Of a DNA stretch of 64,000 nt, positions 47,033 to 57,287 are shown one piece after another. Numbering within the stretch: position 1 is the stretch's first letter; each line of letters opens with the position of its first letter. Position numbers and translations under genes: made by a program. The stretch is taken from NCBI GenBank assembly GCA_965242525.1, contig OZ251459.1, positions 2,048,001 through 2,112,000 on the forward strand, in the 5' to 3' direction. Below the pieces are notes generated by a model that ran no database searches, had not been told where the DNA came from, and worked only from the letters and a program-made list of their open reading frames with translations. The stretch is from an uncultured Candidatus Binatia bacterium (GTDB taxonomy: Bacteria > Desulfobacterota > Binatia > UBA9968 > JAJDTQ01).

Positions 47033-49783
47033 ATGCACGAGAATGAGATCCGGTTCGAGTTGAACGGCAGGACGCGCCGGGCCGCGGTGGCCCCGGAACT
47101 GCTGCTGTCGGACTTCCTGCGGCGCTCGTTGGGGCTTCGGGGCGTCAAGACCAGTTGCGAGGTGGAGGTGTGCGGCGCCTGCACGGTGCTGCTGGACGGC
47201 CGCCCGGTGAGTTCCTGCGCCACCCTGGCCCGGGAGATCGACGGCCGCTCGCTGGTGACCATCGAGGGGTTGGCCGACGGGGACGAGCTGCACCCGGTGC
47301 AGGAGGCGTTCTGGGAAGAAGCGGGGTTCGAGTGCGGCTTCTGCACGCCGGGCATGGTCCTTGCGGCCTGCGCCCTGCTCCACGAGAACCCGGACCCGTC
47401 GGAGGACGCGATCAAGGCCGCGCTGGACGGCAACATCTGCCGCTGTACCGGCTACCTTTCCATCATCCGGTCGGTGCGGAGGGCCGCGGAGTTGCTGCGC
47501 GGGCAGGGGGCAGCCCCTGCGAGGCCCGCGGACGAGCGCCGGCTCGACGGCGCCGCCAAGGTGCGGGGGGAGCCGGTGTACACCGCGGACCTGACGCGCC
47601 CGGACATGCTCCATGCGCGGGTACTGCGCAGTCCCCACGCCCACGCCCGCATCCTGGGCATCGACACCGCGGCCGCGGAGGCCCATCTCGGGGTGGCCGC
47701 GGTGCTCACGTCCGCGGACCTGCAGGACATCTCCCCCTACTACGGCCCGCTGGTGAAGGACATCCCGGTGCTGGCCGTGGACAAGGTCCGCTATGAAGGA
47801 GACCCGGTGGCGGCCGTGGCCGCGGAGACCCCGGAGGCGGCGACCGAGGCGCTGGGGCTCATCCGCGTGGAGTACGAGCCGCTGCCGGCGCTCCTGACCC
47901 TGGATGCGGCCCTGGACCCCGACGCCCCTCCCCTGCACGAGTCCGTGAGCGAGCACGGCACGAAATACCCCGGTTATCCCGACATCGACGACGAGGCCCG
48001 GAAGCACGCCAACGTGAGCTTCCACTACGAGCGCAGCCAGGGCAGCGTCGAGGAAGGGTTCGCCGCCTCGGAACGGGTCTTCGAGCACACCTTCGAGTTC
48101 CCCAAGGTCTCCCACTACTCCATGGAGCCGCAACTGGTCCTGGCCGAGTGGCGCGACGACGGCGTCACCGTATGGGCCTCGACCCAGCACCCGTTCCTCA
48201 TCCGCCGGGAGTTGGCCGAGATGTTCGGCCTGCCGCAGGAGCGCGTGCGGCTGGTGGCGCCGCTGGTGGGCGGGACCTACGGCAACAAGAACCACACCAA
48301 GCTCGAACCCCTGGCGGTGGCCCTGGCGCGCAAGGCGCGGCGTCCGGTGTTCCTGCACCTCTCCCTCGAAGAGGAGTCCCGCACCGTGGGCAAACCGGCC
48401 ATGCGCGTCCGGCTCCGCACCGGGGTCGATGGGGACGGCCGCCTGCTGGCGCGGGATTGCCTGGTGCACGTGGACGGCGGGGCCTACTCGGACTCGGGAC
48501 CCCGGGTGACCCAGAAAGCGGGCTACCGGGCGCCCGGACCCTACCGTATCCCCCATCTCCGGTCCCACGCCTATACCGTCTATACCAACACGGTCCCCGC
48601 GGGCGCCTTCCGCGGCATGGGCACGCCCCAGGTGGTGTGGGCCTACGAGTCCCAGATGGACATGATAGCCCATGAGATGGGATGGGACCCGGTGGAGTTC
48701 CGGCTCGGGAACTTCCTTCGGAAGGGGGAAGCTTTCGCGCCGGGGGAGACGCCCCTCGACTGCGACTTGGCACAGGGCCTGCTGCGGGCCGCCCGGGAGA
48801 TCGGCTGGGGCGAGGAGGGAGCCGCGGACGCGGACTGCGGCATCGGCTTCAGTTGCGGGGTTAAGGACGGCGGCGGCAACTACAAGGTCTCGTGTGCGCG
48901 GGTGGAGATCGACGACGCCGGAACGGTCACGCTGCACGAAGGCACGGTGGAGATCGGACAGGGCTCCCACACCGCCCTCTCCCGGATCGTTGCGCGCGAG
49001 CTCGGGGCGGCGCCGTCCGCGGTGCGGCTGGCCCCGCTGGACACGGACTCGACGCCCTTCGACATGGGGACCTACGCCAGCAGCGGAACCACGGTCATGG
49101 GCCTCGCGGTCCAGAAGGCCGCGCAGGCGGTCCGGCGGCAGCTCGTCGAGGCCGCCCGTTCACTGGCCGGGAACCCTGCCGCCACCGTGATCCTCCGGCG
49201 CGGCGAGGCGCGCGTGGGGGAGGTCGCCTTTCCGTTCTCGACGCTGGTGCAGCGCCTGAAGGGCGCCGGGGGCGCCATCGTGGGAGAAGGCCGGCAGGAA
49301 AGCCCGCAGGACCCCGATGCCCCCCTCGGTGCGCGGGCGCCGTTCTGGGAAGTGGGATGGGGCGCCGCCAAGGTCCGCGTGGACCGGGAAACGGGCGAAG
49401 TCCGGGTCCTCAAGTACGTGTCCATCGCGGACGCGGGCAAGGCCATCAACCCCCAGCAGTGCCACACCCAGGAACAGGGCGCCTTCCTGCAGGGCCTGGG
49501 ACAGGCCCTGTTCGAGGAGACCGTCTATGAGAACGGCCTGATGCTGACGCCCGACGCCCTCACCTACCGGCTCCCCAAGGTCTCCGACCTGCCGGACGCT
49601 CTGGTGAACGTCATCTTCGAGGACGGCAACGGCGCCGGCCCCTACGGCGCCAAGGGGTTGGGGGAAAGCGGCATCCTCACCGTCCCGTCCGCCATCGCCA
49701 ACGCCGTGGCCCGGGCCGTGGGCGTGCGTATCACCCGCCTGCCGCTCACCGGCGAAAAGGTCTGGCGCGCCCTGAAGGGGTGA
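47033..49783 (+). CDS. Xanthine dehydrogenase-family molybdoenzyme with fused (2Fe-2S) subunit
   Basis: CEVEVCGACTV, CGFCTPG, CRCTGY; LRSPHAHARI, GAFRGMG, EIGQG, GAKGLGE; GAGGA RBS before MHENE. Confidence 0.9.
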   Translation: MHENEIRFELNGRTRRAAVAPELLLSDFLRRSLGLRGVKTSCEVEVCGACTVLLDGRPVSSCATLAREIDGRSLVTIEGLADGDELHPVQEAFWEEAGFECGFCTPGMVLAACALLHENPDPSEDAIKAALDGNICRCTGYLSIIRSVRRAAELLRGQGAAPARPADERRLDGAAKVRGEPVYTADLTRPDMLHARVLRSPHAHARILGIDTAAAEAHLGVAAVLTSADLQDISPYYGPLVKDIPVLAVDKVRYEGDPVAAVAAETPEAATEALGLIRVEYEPLPALLTLDAALDPDAPPLHESVSEHGTKYPGYPDIDDEARKHANVSFHYERSQGSVEEGFAASERVFEHTFEFPKVSHYSMEPQLVLAEWRDDGVTVWASTQHPFLIRRELAEMFGLPQERVRLVAPLVGGTYGNKNHTKLEPLAVALARKARRPVFLHLSLEEESRTVGKPAMRVRLRTGVDGDGRLLARDCLVHVDGGAYSDSGPRVTQKAGYRAPGPYRIPHLRSHAYTVYTNTVPAGAFRGMGTPQVVWAYESQMDMIAHEMGWDPVEFRLGNFLRKGEAFAPGETPLDCDLAQGLLRAAREIGWGEEGAADADCGIGFSCGVKDGGGNYKVSCARVEIDDAGTVTLHEGTVEIGQGSHTALSRIVARELGAAPSAVRLAPLDTDSTPFDMGTYASSGTTVMGLAVQKAAQAVRRQLVEAARSLAGNPAATVILRRGEARVGEVAFPFSTLVQRLKGAGGAIVGEGRQESPQDPDAPLGARAPFWEVGWGAAKVRVDRETGEVRVLKYVSIADAGKAINPQQCHTQEQGAFLQGLGQALFEETVYENGLMLTPDALTYRLPKVSDLPDALVNVIFEDGNGAGPYGAKGLGESGILTVPSAIANAVARAVGVRITRLPLTGEKVWRALKG

Positions 49784-49805
49784 CCCTGCCCCGTCTTTTC
49801 GGGCG

Positions 49806-49868
49806 CTTCCGGAGTTCGTGCGAGTTGCGACACTCCCCATCCCGTCATTCCCGCGAAAGCGGGAATCC
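49806..49868. repeat. Partial family A element (left TIR + one REP)
   Basis: CTTCCGGAGTTCGTGCGAGTTGCGACACTCCC then CGTCATTCCCGCGAAAGCGGGAATCC. Confidence 0.7.
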
Positions 49869-50012
49869 AGACGGACGGCTACGGTTGGACGGACGGCCGC
49901 CTCGAACGTGGCTTTGGCGGTGGGTTTGGGCTATAGATCGTCGGTAGTCTTGGCCGGTCGGGAGGAGCGCAATGAAGGAGACAATCGGGTTTGCCGCGGG
50001 AAGGAGTTGCGA

Positions 50013-50240
50013 GTGATACGCGTGGATCCCCACAAGTGCGACGGATGCGGCATCTGCGTGTACGACTGCGGGGCCGACGTCTTCCGCTTCACCAACAAGA
50101 AGGACAAGGTCTTCCCCTTCGGCAACAAGTACTGCGTCAACTGCTTCCTGTGCGAACTGGTCTGCCCGGAAGACGCCATCGAGGTGGTGCTGCGGCCCGG
50201 CAAGAGGAAGGCCCCGGCGGACTCCCCGGCAGGAGAGTGA
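50013..50240 (+). CDS. 2x[4Fe-4S] ferredoxin
   Basis: CDGCGICVYDC and CVNCFLCELVCP; AAGGAG RBS. Confidence 0.88.
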   Translation: MIRVDPHKCDGCGICVYDCGADVFRFTNKKDKVFPFGNKYCVNCFLCELVCPEDAIEVVLRPGKRKAPADSPAGE

Positions 50241-51910
50241 TGGATCCGGTCCCCACCACCGACTGCGACGTCCTCATCATCGGCGGCGGGCTGGCCGCGT
50301 GCATGGCGGCGCTGGAAGCGTCCAAGCGCAACATGGAAGTGGTGCTGGTGGACAAGGGGCGGCTCGGGCGAAGCGGCTCCAGCCCCACCTCCGGCGGCGT
50401 GCCCCAGGCGGCCTTCGGCCACGCCGACCCCCGTGACAGCAAGGAGATGCACTTCCGGGACACGGTGGTGGGGGGCGACTTCATCCCCGACCAGAAGATC
50501 GTCCGCGCCATCGTCGAGGACGTCACCGGGCGGGTCGTCGAACTGGAAGAGATGGGCCTGCGCTTCAAGAAGACCCCGGACGGCCTCAAGTTCTACCAGG
50601 AGAAGCGGCTCGGCAGTTCCTTCGCGCGCAGTTGTCCGCCAGTGGGGGGCAGCGTGGGCATGCTGGGGTCCCTCCGCAAGGAGGTGTTCAACCGGGAAGT
50701 GCAGGTGCACCAGTGGACAATGGTCACCAAGCTGTTCCGCGGGGACGGCCGCGTGACCGGGGCCTTCGGCGTCAACGTCCAGAACGGCGCCTACCGCGCG
50801 TACCGCGCCAGAGCGGTGGTGCTGGCCGCGGGCAGCGCCATCGCCATCCAGAAATACGCCAGCGCCAACTTCCTGACCACCGGCGACGCCTACGTGGCGG
50901 CCTTCGACGCCGGAGCCTCCCTGGCGAACCTGGAGTTCCTGGAGTTCACGCTGATCCCCGCTCCCGGGGGCGAGGCCATCTCCATGGCCGGGTTGTCCCC
51001 CTTCACCAGCAAGGGCGGCCGGTTCTTCAACGCGCTGGGAGAACGGTTCCTGGAACGGTACGACCCGGCGCGGCTCGAAGGCACGACCCGGGCCATACTC
51101 GTGGGCGCCGCCTACAAGGAGATGCTCGAAGGGCGCGGCCCGGTCTATCTGGACCCGTCCTACATCCCCGACGAGAAATGGGACGACGAGATCCAGTTCG
51201 AGTACTGCCCCAAGCTGGCCAAGGCCGGCGTCAACGGCCGCTCGGACCGTTTCGAGTGGGTGCCGGCGTTGCATACCTTCCTGGGCGGCCTCCACATCAA
51301 CGAGCGGTGCGAGACCGGGCTGGAGGGCCTCTACGCCTCGGGGGAGTCCGCCACCGGAACCCACGGCTCCAACCGGTTGTCCGGCAACGCCATCGCCAGC
51401 GCGTTCGCCCTGGGCAGCCGCTCCGGCAAGTTCGCCGCCATCCGTGCCGCGGACGCGGAGTTGACCGACCTCGACCCGAGCGAGACCGAAGCGGAGATCC
51501 AACGGATCGAGGCTTTCCAGGGAGAAGGCGGCCTCGACCCTACCGAGCTGCAACGGGAGATCCGGGAGACCGCCTGGGAGAGCACCGGCGTGGTCCGCAA
51601 CGAGCGGGGACTGACCGCGGGCCTGGACTGCTTCCGGGAGATCCGCCGCGAGAAGGTCCCGAGACTCAAGGCCGCCAACGTCCGCGACCTCATCAAGTCG
51701 CTGGAATGCTCGAACCTCTCCCGGGTCGGCGAGATGGTGGCCCGCTGCGCCCTGGAGCGCCGGGAATCCCGCGGCCAGCACACCCGCGAAGACTACCCCG
51801 CCCGCGACGACGCCAACTACCTGACCTGGATCACCGTGGAGAAGGATGGCGACGACGTCCGAACCGTCGCCAAGCCCATCCCCTTCAAGGAAGACGACCT
51901 GAGACCGTGA
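50240..51910 (+). CDS. SdhA/FrdA/AprA-superfamily flavoprotein
   Basis: IIGGGLAA, TGD, HTFLGG, HGSNRLSGN, RRESRGQHTREDYP. Confidence 0.85.
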   Translation: MDPVPTTDCDVLIIGGGLAACMAALEASKRNMEVVLVDKGRLGRSGSSPTSGGVPQAAFGHADPRDSKEMHFRDTVVGGDFIPDQKIVRAIVEDVTGRVVELEEMGLRFKKTPDGLKFYQEKRLGSSFARSCPPVGGSVGMLGSLRKEVFNREVQVHQWTMVTKLFRGDGRVTGAFGVNVQNGAYRAYRARAVVLAAGSAIAIQKYASANFLTTGDAYVAAFDAGASLANLEFLEFTLIPAPGGEAISMAGLSPFTSKGGRFFNALGERFLERYDPARLEGTTRAILVGAAYKEMLEGRGPVYLDPSYIPDEKWDDEIQFEYCPKLAKAGVNGRSDRFEWVPALHTFLGGLHINERCETGLEGLYASGESATGTHGSNRLSGNAIASAFALGSRSGKFAAIRAADAELTDLDPSETEAEIQRIEAFQGEGGLDPTELQREIRETAWESTGVVRNERGLTAGLDCFREIRREKVPRLKAANVRDLIKSLECSNLSRVGEMVARCALERRESRGQHTREDYPARDDANYLTWITVEKDGDDVRTVAKPIPFKEDDLRP

Positions 51911-51957
51911 GTGGGCACGCAATTCCCCGTAATGGACAGCGGGAGACATCGACACGT

Positions 51958-52066
51958 GTCATTCCCGCAGACGCCCACCCCGTCATTCCCGCAGTGCCTA
52001 CCCACGTCATTCCCGCGAAAGCGGGAATCCAGACCTTGCGAGCAAAGCCCATGGCGCCCTGTAATG
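51958..52066. repeat. Family A-related REP cluster (three tandem GTCATTCCCGC units)
   Basis: Same REP and the ATGGCGCCCTGTA internal motif seen in other copies. Confidence 0.7.
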
Positions 52067-52161
52067 CTTTTCACGAAACCGGCGACCGGACGACGGTGCG
52101 GATCATCTCGGCACGGCCGGCTATGCGGAGCGAACAACGCCAGTTCGAGTCAGGTAGATGA
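52067..52161 (+). pseudogene. BrnT toxin C-terminal remnant
   Basis: ...VRIISARPAMRSEQRQFE, ATGA-coupled to the next gene; 5' part replaced by the REP element. Confidence 0.7.
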
Positions 52162-53017
52162 GACGAGAGTACGACTTTTCCAAGGGTGAGCGAGGCAAGT
52201 TCTACCGCCAGGACGCCAAGGTGAACCTGCCGCGTCCCACCCGACGCCCTGTCTGGGCCGGTGGCGAGAACCGGATCGCCGACTTCATCACGGAGCAAAC
52301 CGAGAACACCCTCCGCGCCTATCGAGAGCAACCGAATCTCGTGACCGAGCACGCCAACCACGAGCACGATACGGCTCACGGCGGCTATGCCGATCGGCAG
52401 CTCTTCGAGTTGGTCCAGAACGGTGCGGATGCGCTGACCCACTCGGAGGGCGCGAGCATCCTGGTGCGCCTGACCGGGGAGTACCTCTATTGCGCCGACG
52501 ACGGAAAGCCCATCGACGAAGACGGTGTTCGAGCGCTGATGTCCTCCCACATGTCGAACAAGCGGGACACCGGCGAGATCGGACGCTTCGGACTCGGCTT
52601 CAAGTCGGTGCTGGGCGTCACGGACTCGCCCGAGTTCTACAGCCGTCCCGGTTCTTTCCGGTTCGACAGGAAATACGCCGCAAAGCGCATAGCCGAGGTC
52701 GCGCCAGCAGACCGCTATCCGGTACTCCGGTTACCGGTTCCGGTGGATGCCGGCAAAGCGTCGGAGGGAGACGAGGACCTGCGCGAGATGATGACGTGGG
52801 CGACGAACATCGTCCGCCTGCCCCTCGAACCGGGCACACGGGAAGACTTGGCCGAACAACTCAAGGCCTTTCTCCCGGAGTCCCTGCTCTTCGGCGATCA
52901 CGTCCGCTATCTGACCCTGGAGGACGGGGAGTGGTCCCGGGATTTCGCCTTCAAAGGGTGAACGGCGAGCTTCGGCTCGACACCGGCGCAGGCTTCCCGA
53001 AACGGCACCGCACGTAG
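52158..53017 (+). pseudogene. BrnA-like N-terminal peptide fused to a sacsin/HSP90-like GHKL ATPase; frameshifted and truncated
   Basis: MRREYDFSKGERGKFY; ELVQNGADA, DDG, IGRFGLGFKSV, RLP; stop at 52961 with continuation in a shifted frame. Confidence 0.7.
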
Positions 53018-53032
53018 TGGATCCGCCCTTCC

Positions 53033-54040
53033 TCACACGTGCGGCAGCACGGCCGAGCCGAACAACTCCATGGACTGCAGGATGTCCCGTTGCTCCAGGC
53101 CCGGGGTCCAGTCGAAGCGGAGCAGGATCATGTCCGGTTCGAGGGATTCGGCGTAGGAGCGGATCTCGGCGATGCAGTCTGCGGGGGAGCCGAGGATGAA
53201 GCGGTGGCGGGCCAGGCGGTCGAAGTCCCAGGTGAGTTCGTCGGGGTTGGTCATGGCGTCGTCCTGGCCCCATTGGACGTACACGTCGCGGTAGAGCTTG
53301 TCGAGGCAGGGACGGGCCTTGGCCACGGCCTCGTCCCGGGTGGGGGCCACGAAGCATTCCCGGACCATGACGAGGGCGCCGGCGCCCGGTTTCTCCGTCT
53401 CCTTCCACGCCTGGCGGAACAGCGCCGCCTGGTCCCGCAGCTCCTCGATGGCGGAATGGGGTCCCACCAGCCAGCCGTCGCCGATGCGGGCCGCGCGCCG
53501 CACCCCCTTGTCGCCGTTGGCCGCGATCCACACGGGCGGGCGCGGCCGTTGCAGCGGCCGGGGCGCGATGGTCACGTCCTTCAGCCGGAACGCCTTGCCC
53601 GAGAACGACACGTGCTCCTCGGTCCACAGCCGCCGGACGATCTCCACCCCTTCCACGAAACGCTGGAACCGCTGTTGCCGGGTGAGGCCGAAGGCGTCCA
53701 ACTCCTGCTGCCGGTAGCCTAGCCCGAAGGAGAAGAACGAGCGCCCCTCGTTCATGACGTCGATGGTGGCCAGTTCCTTGGCGATGACCACCGGGTCGTG
53801 TAGCCCCAAGAGCGTGGCGGCCGTGCCCACCGCGCATTGGCGCGCTTCGGCGCAGAGCCGTCCCAGGAGCGGGACCTGGTGCAGCCGCTGGAAGCCCGGG
53901 ATGTTGTAGTGCTGCCCCATGGAGACGGCCTCGAAGCCTGCGGCGTCGGCCATCCGGACCTGCTCCGCCAGCGTGGGCAGGAGGGTCCGGGGCGGTTTTT
54001 CGATGGAAACCTGGGGGTTGAGCTGGATGCCGAACTTCAT
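53033..54040 (-). CDS. LLM-class flavin-dependent oxidoreductase
   Basis: MKFGI, AKELATID, GLGYR, PRPLQRPRPPVWI. Confidence 0.88.
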   Translation of the reverse strand: MKFGIQLNPQVSIEKPPRTLLPTLAEQVRMADAAGFEAVSMGQHYNIPGFQRLHQVPLLGRLCAEARQCAVGTAATLLGLHDPVVIAKELATIDVMNEGRSFFSFGLGYRQQELDAFGLTRQQRFQRFVEGVEIVRRLWTEEHVSFSGKAFRLKDVTIAPRPLQRPRPPVWIAANGDKGVRRAARIGDGWLVGPHSAIEELRDQAALFRQAWKETEKPGAGALVMVRECFVAPTRDEAVAKARPCLDKLYRDVYVQWGQDDAMTNPDELTWDFDRLARHRFILGSPADCIAEIRSYAESLEPDMILLRFDWTPGLEQRDILQSMELFGSAVLPHV

Positions 54041-54053
54041 CCCGGACTCCCGT

Positions 54054-54148
54054 GGAACCTCTGTTCCATTCCGGCTCGAATTCCTTCTCTCTCCGGGAAA
54101 GTGCGTCCTTCGACTTCGCTACGCTACGCTCAGGACGAACGGGAATCG
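54054..54148. repeat. Family B element (partial)
   Basis: GGAACCTCTG end and CTTCGACTTCGCTACGCTACGCTCAGGACGAACGG core. Confidence 0.7.
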
Positions 54149-54259
54149 TAGGGCGCCGTCACCCGGACGTCAGGCGTGGGAACCCCGAACATCTGCGCGA
54201 TCTCGGCGCGGATGAGGGACGGTGCGATGCGGCATGGCGGAGGCGGCGGTCCCGCGCCG

Positions 54260-54616
54260 TCACTTCCTGTCGTAGTAGCGCAGCTCGAAGGTGATGCAGC
54301 CGTTGGGGCTCTTGTAGGGGCCGTGCTTCATGCCCGGCGGGCGGCAGCCGTACATGCCCTTGGTGAACTCCTGGTTCAAGCGCGTGTCGATGAGGCTGCC
54401 CTCGACGATGATGACCTCTTCCCAGAAGTCGTGCTCGATGGTCTCGGTGGTCTCCACCCCGGCCGCGAAGTGGACCATGCGGGTGTAGTTGCCCGTGTCC
54501 TCGTCCTCGCTCAGGATCTTCTCGGTGACCCCGTCGGCCGCGGCTCCCGAGCCGGCGCCCACGGGGCGCCAGTCGATGGTGTCGGTGTCGAAGAACTCTC
54601 TTTCTTCCTTGGGCAT
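54260..54616 (-). CDS. Cupin domain protein (ChrR-like)
   Basis: HDFWEEV, GMYGCRPPGMKHGP; GGAG RBS before MPKEE. Confidence 0.85.
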   Translation of the reverse strand: MPKEEREFFDTDTIDWRPVGAGSGAAADGVTEKILSEDEDTGNYTRMVHFAAGVETTETIEHDFWEEVIIVEGSLIDTRLNQEFTKGMYGCRPPGMKHGPYKSPNGCITFELRYYDRK

Positions 54617-54633
54617 CTCTCCGCTCCCTCCCT

Positions 54634-55431
54634 TCAATCGATCAGGACCCGGTCGTGGAAACTCGTGAAGACCGACCGGGCCGCCCGGACCTGCGCCGCG
54701 TCGATCTCCGCGCGCACGATGCGCTCGCCGTCGCCCGCGGCCGCCAACGGCGTCCCCCAGGGGTCCGCCACCATGCTGTGCCCCACGAAGCCCTTGCCCC
54801 GGTTGGCGCCGGCGCAGTTGCTGGACACCAGGAAAACCTGGTTCTCCAGCGCACGGACCCGGTTGAACAGGAGCCACGCCTCCAGACGGGGATACGGCCA
54901 CGCCGAGGCCACCAGGAAGACCTCGGCCCCGGACACGGCCATGCCGCGGTAGAGCTCCGGGAACCGCAGGTCGTAGCAGGTGGAGAGGCCGAACGTCCCC
55001 AGTTCCGTTTCCACCACCGTCGGCGCGCGGCCCCGGGTCAGCAGCCTGGCTTCCTCGGACTGGTGGCCGAACAGGTGGATCTTGCGGTAGCTTCCGGCAA
55101 TGGCGCCCTGCCGGTCGATGAGCACGCTGGTGTTGTAGTACTCGCCCTGGTCCGCCTCCACGATGCTGCCGCCGAAGAGGAAGCAGCCCTTGGCCGACGC
55201 CTTCTCCCGCAGCATGGATACGGTGGGGCCGGAGAGGGTCTCGCTCTCGGCCCGGTAGGCGTCGAAGGCGAAGTAGCCGACGTTCCAGATCTCCGGGAGG
55301 AGGATCAGGTCCGCCCCGTCCACGCCGTCGATGAGCGCCGCGGCCCGGCGCAGGTTGGCCGCCTTGCCTCCGTCGTCCATCTTCATCTGGATGGACGCCA
55401 CGCGAATCCGTCGGTCTTTCTCCTTGCCCAC
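54634..55431 (-). CDS. Carbon-nitrogen hydrolase (nitrilase superfamily)
   Basis: LLPE, YRKIHLF, CYDLRFPE (E-K-C triad), RALENQ. Confidence 0.92.
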   Translation of the reverse strand: MGKEKDRRIRVASIQMKMDDGGKAANLRRAAALIDGVDGADLILLPEIWNVGYFAFDAYRAESETLSGPTVSMLREKASAKGCFLFGGSIVEADQGEYYNTSVLIDRQGAIAGSYRKIHLFGHQSEEARLLTRGRAPTVVETELGTFGLSTCYDLRFPELYRGMAVSGAEVFLVASAWPYPRLEAWLLFNRVRALENQVFLVSSNCAGANRGKGFVGHSMVADPWGTPLAAAGDGERIVRAEIDAAQVRAARSVFTSFHDRVLID

Positions 55432-55453
55432 TGCGTACCTCGGGTGGCCGCGG

Positions 55454-56161
55454 TCAGGCCAGCCAGTCCATGGGGCGGATGTCGTACCGGAACGACAGCT
55501 CCCGCCCGAGCGCTTCGTCGGAAAGGCGGCCCTCGAACGTGGGCGAGAACAGCAACTCCTTGCCCAGGGTCGGCATGGTGCCCATGTACAGCACCATACC
55601 GTCGAGGGAACCGTCTTTCACCACCGCCCTGACGCCATCGAGGAACTCATCCACCGGCAGGAAGCCGGACAGGGAACCCTGCTGGTAGAGCGTCCGCTTG
55701 CCCTCCGACTCCACCCAGCTCTCCAGCGTCAGCCGGTCCCAGTGCGGCGCCGCGTCCTCCAGTTTCCACACTTGGCGGGAGACCACCTTGGGGCAGATGA
55801 CCTTGGACCGGGGGATGCTGTCCTTCTCCAACTCCCGGTCCGTGTGGTCGCTGCCCACGGCCACGTAGGTCTGCTCCCCCCGGAACAGGAAGACCGCCTC
55901 CACCTCGCCGGAGGTGGCGCCGCCCAGCACCTCGATCTCGTCGTCGGTGGTGATCATCTCCCGGGCCACCGCGTAGTAGGCCGGGATGCGGTCCGGCGCG
56001 GACACGCCGTGGGCCTTGAGCTCCTCCACGTGCTTCATGGCCTCGGCCCGGTTCCGGCCGGTGAACCCCGCGTCCAGGATCCGCGCCACCGGGAACTCCA
56101 GGTCCGAGCGCGTCCCGTCCTCGTGGACCACCGTCAGCTCGAGCGTACGCACGCGCGTCAC
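55454..56161 (-). CDS. DUF2848 family protein
   Basis: AGFTGR, HVEEL, TSGEVE, GSDHTDR, SK..CPK, LYQ.G; GTGA-coupled. Confidence 0.85.
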   Translation of the reverse strand: MTRVRTLELTVVHEDGTRSDLEFPVARILDAGFTGRNRAEAMKHVEELKAHGVSAPDRIPAYYAVAREMITTDDEIEVLGGATSGEVEAVFLFRGEQTYVAVGSDHTDRELEKDSIPRSKVICPKVVSRQVWKLEDAAPHWDRLTLESWVESEGKRTLYQQGSLSGFLPVDEFLDGVRAVVKDGSLDGMVLYMGTMPTLGKELLFSPTFEGRLSDEALGRELSFRYDIRPMDWLA

Positions 56162-57168
56162 CCTCCTTCCCGCCGCCCGAAATGGGGCGCGATCCTCTCC
56201 GCGATCAAGTCCAGTTGGCGGATGTCCGGGGCCGCGGGTTGCAGGGTCACGTGCTCGACGCCGCACGCCTCCAGCACCTTCAGCTTCTCCACGATCTGGG
56301 GGATGCTGCCCACCATGTAGCACTCCCGGAGGTGGTCCCAACTCCGGTTGCTCCCCATCATGCGCTCCATGTGGGGCCGCTGGAGCCGCAGCGCTTCCTC
56401 CGGGTCCTCGGTATCCACCACGTAGGCGGCCTGCACGTGGGCGAAGCCCAGGGTGGCGGGGTCCCGGCCTACGGTCTTCAGGTAGGCGGCCACGGTCTCG
56501 AAGTCCCGCTGGACCCATTCGAGCTTCCCCGAGGCCCGGCAGGTGAAGACGTCCGCGTGCCGGGCGATGCGCTGCATCACGGTCTTCACCATGTAGGGCT
56601 TGTCGGGGGAAAGCTCGTCGGGGATGCGCGAGCCCCCGGCCACCCATACTTCGGGATACCGGGGAGGCATGGGGTCGATGGTGACGTCGTCGAACCGGAA
56701 GAACTCGCCCTCGAAGGAGACGTTCTTCCGAGTCAACAGGAGCTTCACCGCGTCCAGGATCTCGTCGGTGCGGCGGCCCCTCTCCCGCAGGTCGATGCCC
56801 ATGGCGTCGAACTCCGGCTTGCTCCATCCCGGCCCCACGCCGAAGAAGAACCGCCCGCCGGAGATGTAGTCGAGCGTCGCGACCTCCTTGGCCAGCAGCA
56901 CGGGATGGCGCAACGGCAACACGAGGATGTGCGTGCCCAGCCGGATGCGCTCGGTGCACGCCGCCGCGGCCGACAGGCAGACCAGGGGGTCCATCCACGA
57001 GCCGCCGTAGAGCCCCGGGGCGTCCGTCAGGTGGTCCCACACGGTCAGGGACTCGAACCCCAGTTCCTCCGTCCGTCTGGCGAACTCCTGCACCACGGTG
57101 TGCGCCATCCGGTAGTCCATGTCCGGCCACGTATAAGTGGGGATGGTAATGCCAAGCTTGAGACCCAC
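56158..57168 (-). CDS. LLM-class flavin-dependent oxidoreductase
   Basis: WDH, DPL, PLRHPVLLAKEVATLD, SGGR; GAGGAG RBS. Confidence 0.9.
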   Translation of the reverse strand: MGLKLGITIPTYTWPDMDYRMAHTVVQEFARRTEELGFESLTVWDHLTDAPGLYGGSWMDPLVCLSAAAACTERIRLGTHILVLPLRHPVLLAKEVATLDYISGGRFFFGVGPGWSKPEFDAMGIDLRERGRRTDEILDAVKLLLTRKNVSFEGEFFRFDDVTIDPMPPRYPEVWVAGGSRIPDELSPDKPYMVKTVMQRIARHADVFTCRASGKLEWVQRDFETVAAYLKTVGRDPATLGFAHVQAAYVVDTEDPEEALRLQRPHMERMMGSNRSWDHLRECYMVGSIPQIVEKLKVLEACGVEHVTLQPAAPDIRQLDLIAERIAPHFGRREGG

Positions 57169-57287
57169 GTTCGCTCCTCGGGCAGTCGGGCAACAGTTAG
57201 AGAGACTTGCCGGTAATGTCAAGGCGGCGGCGTCTTTGACACACCCTTACGACTGGGGTAGGCATCGGAACACGGAAGGAGCGATCC

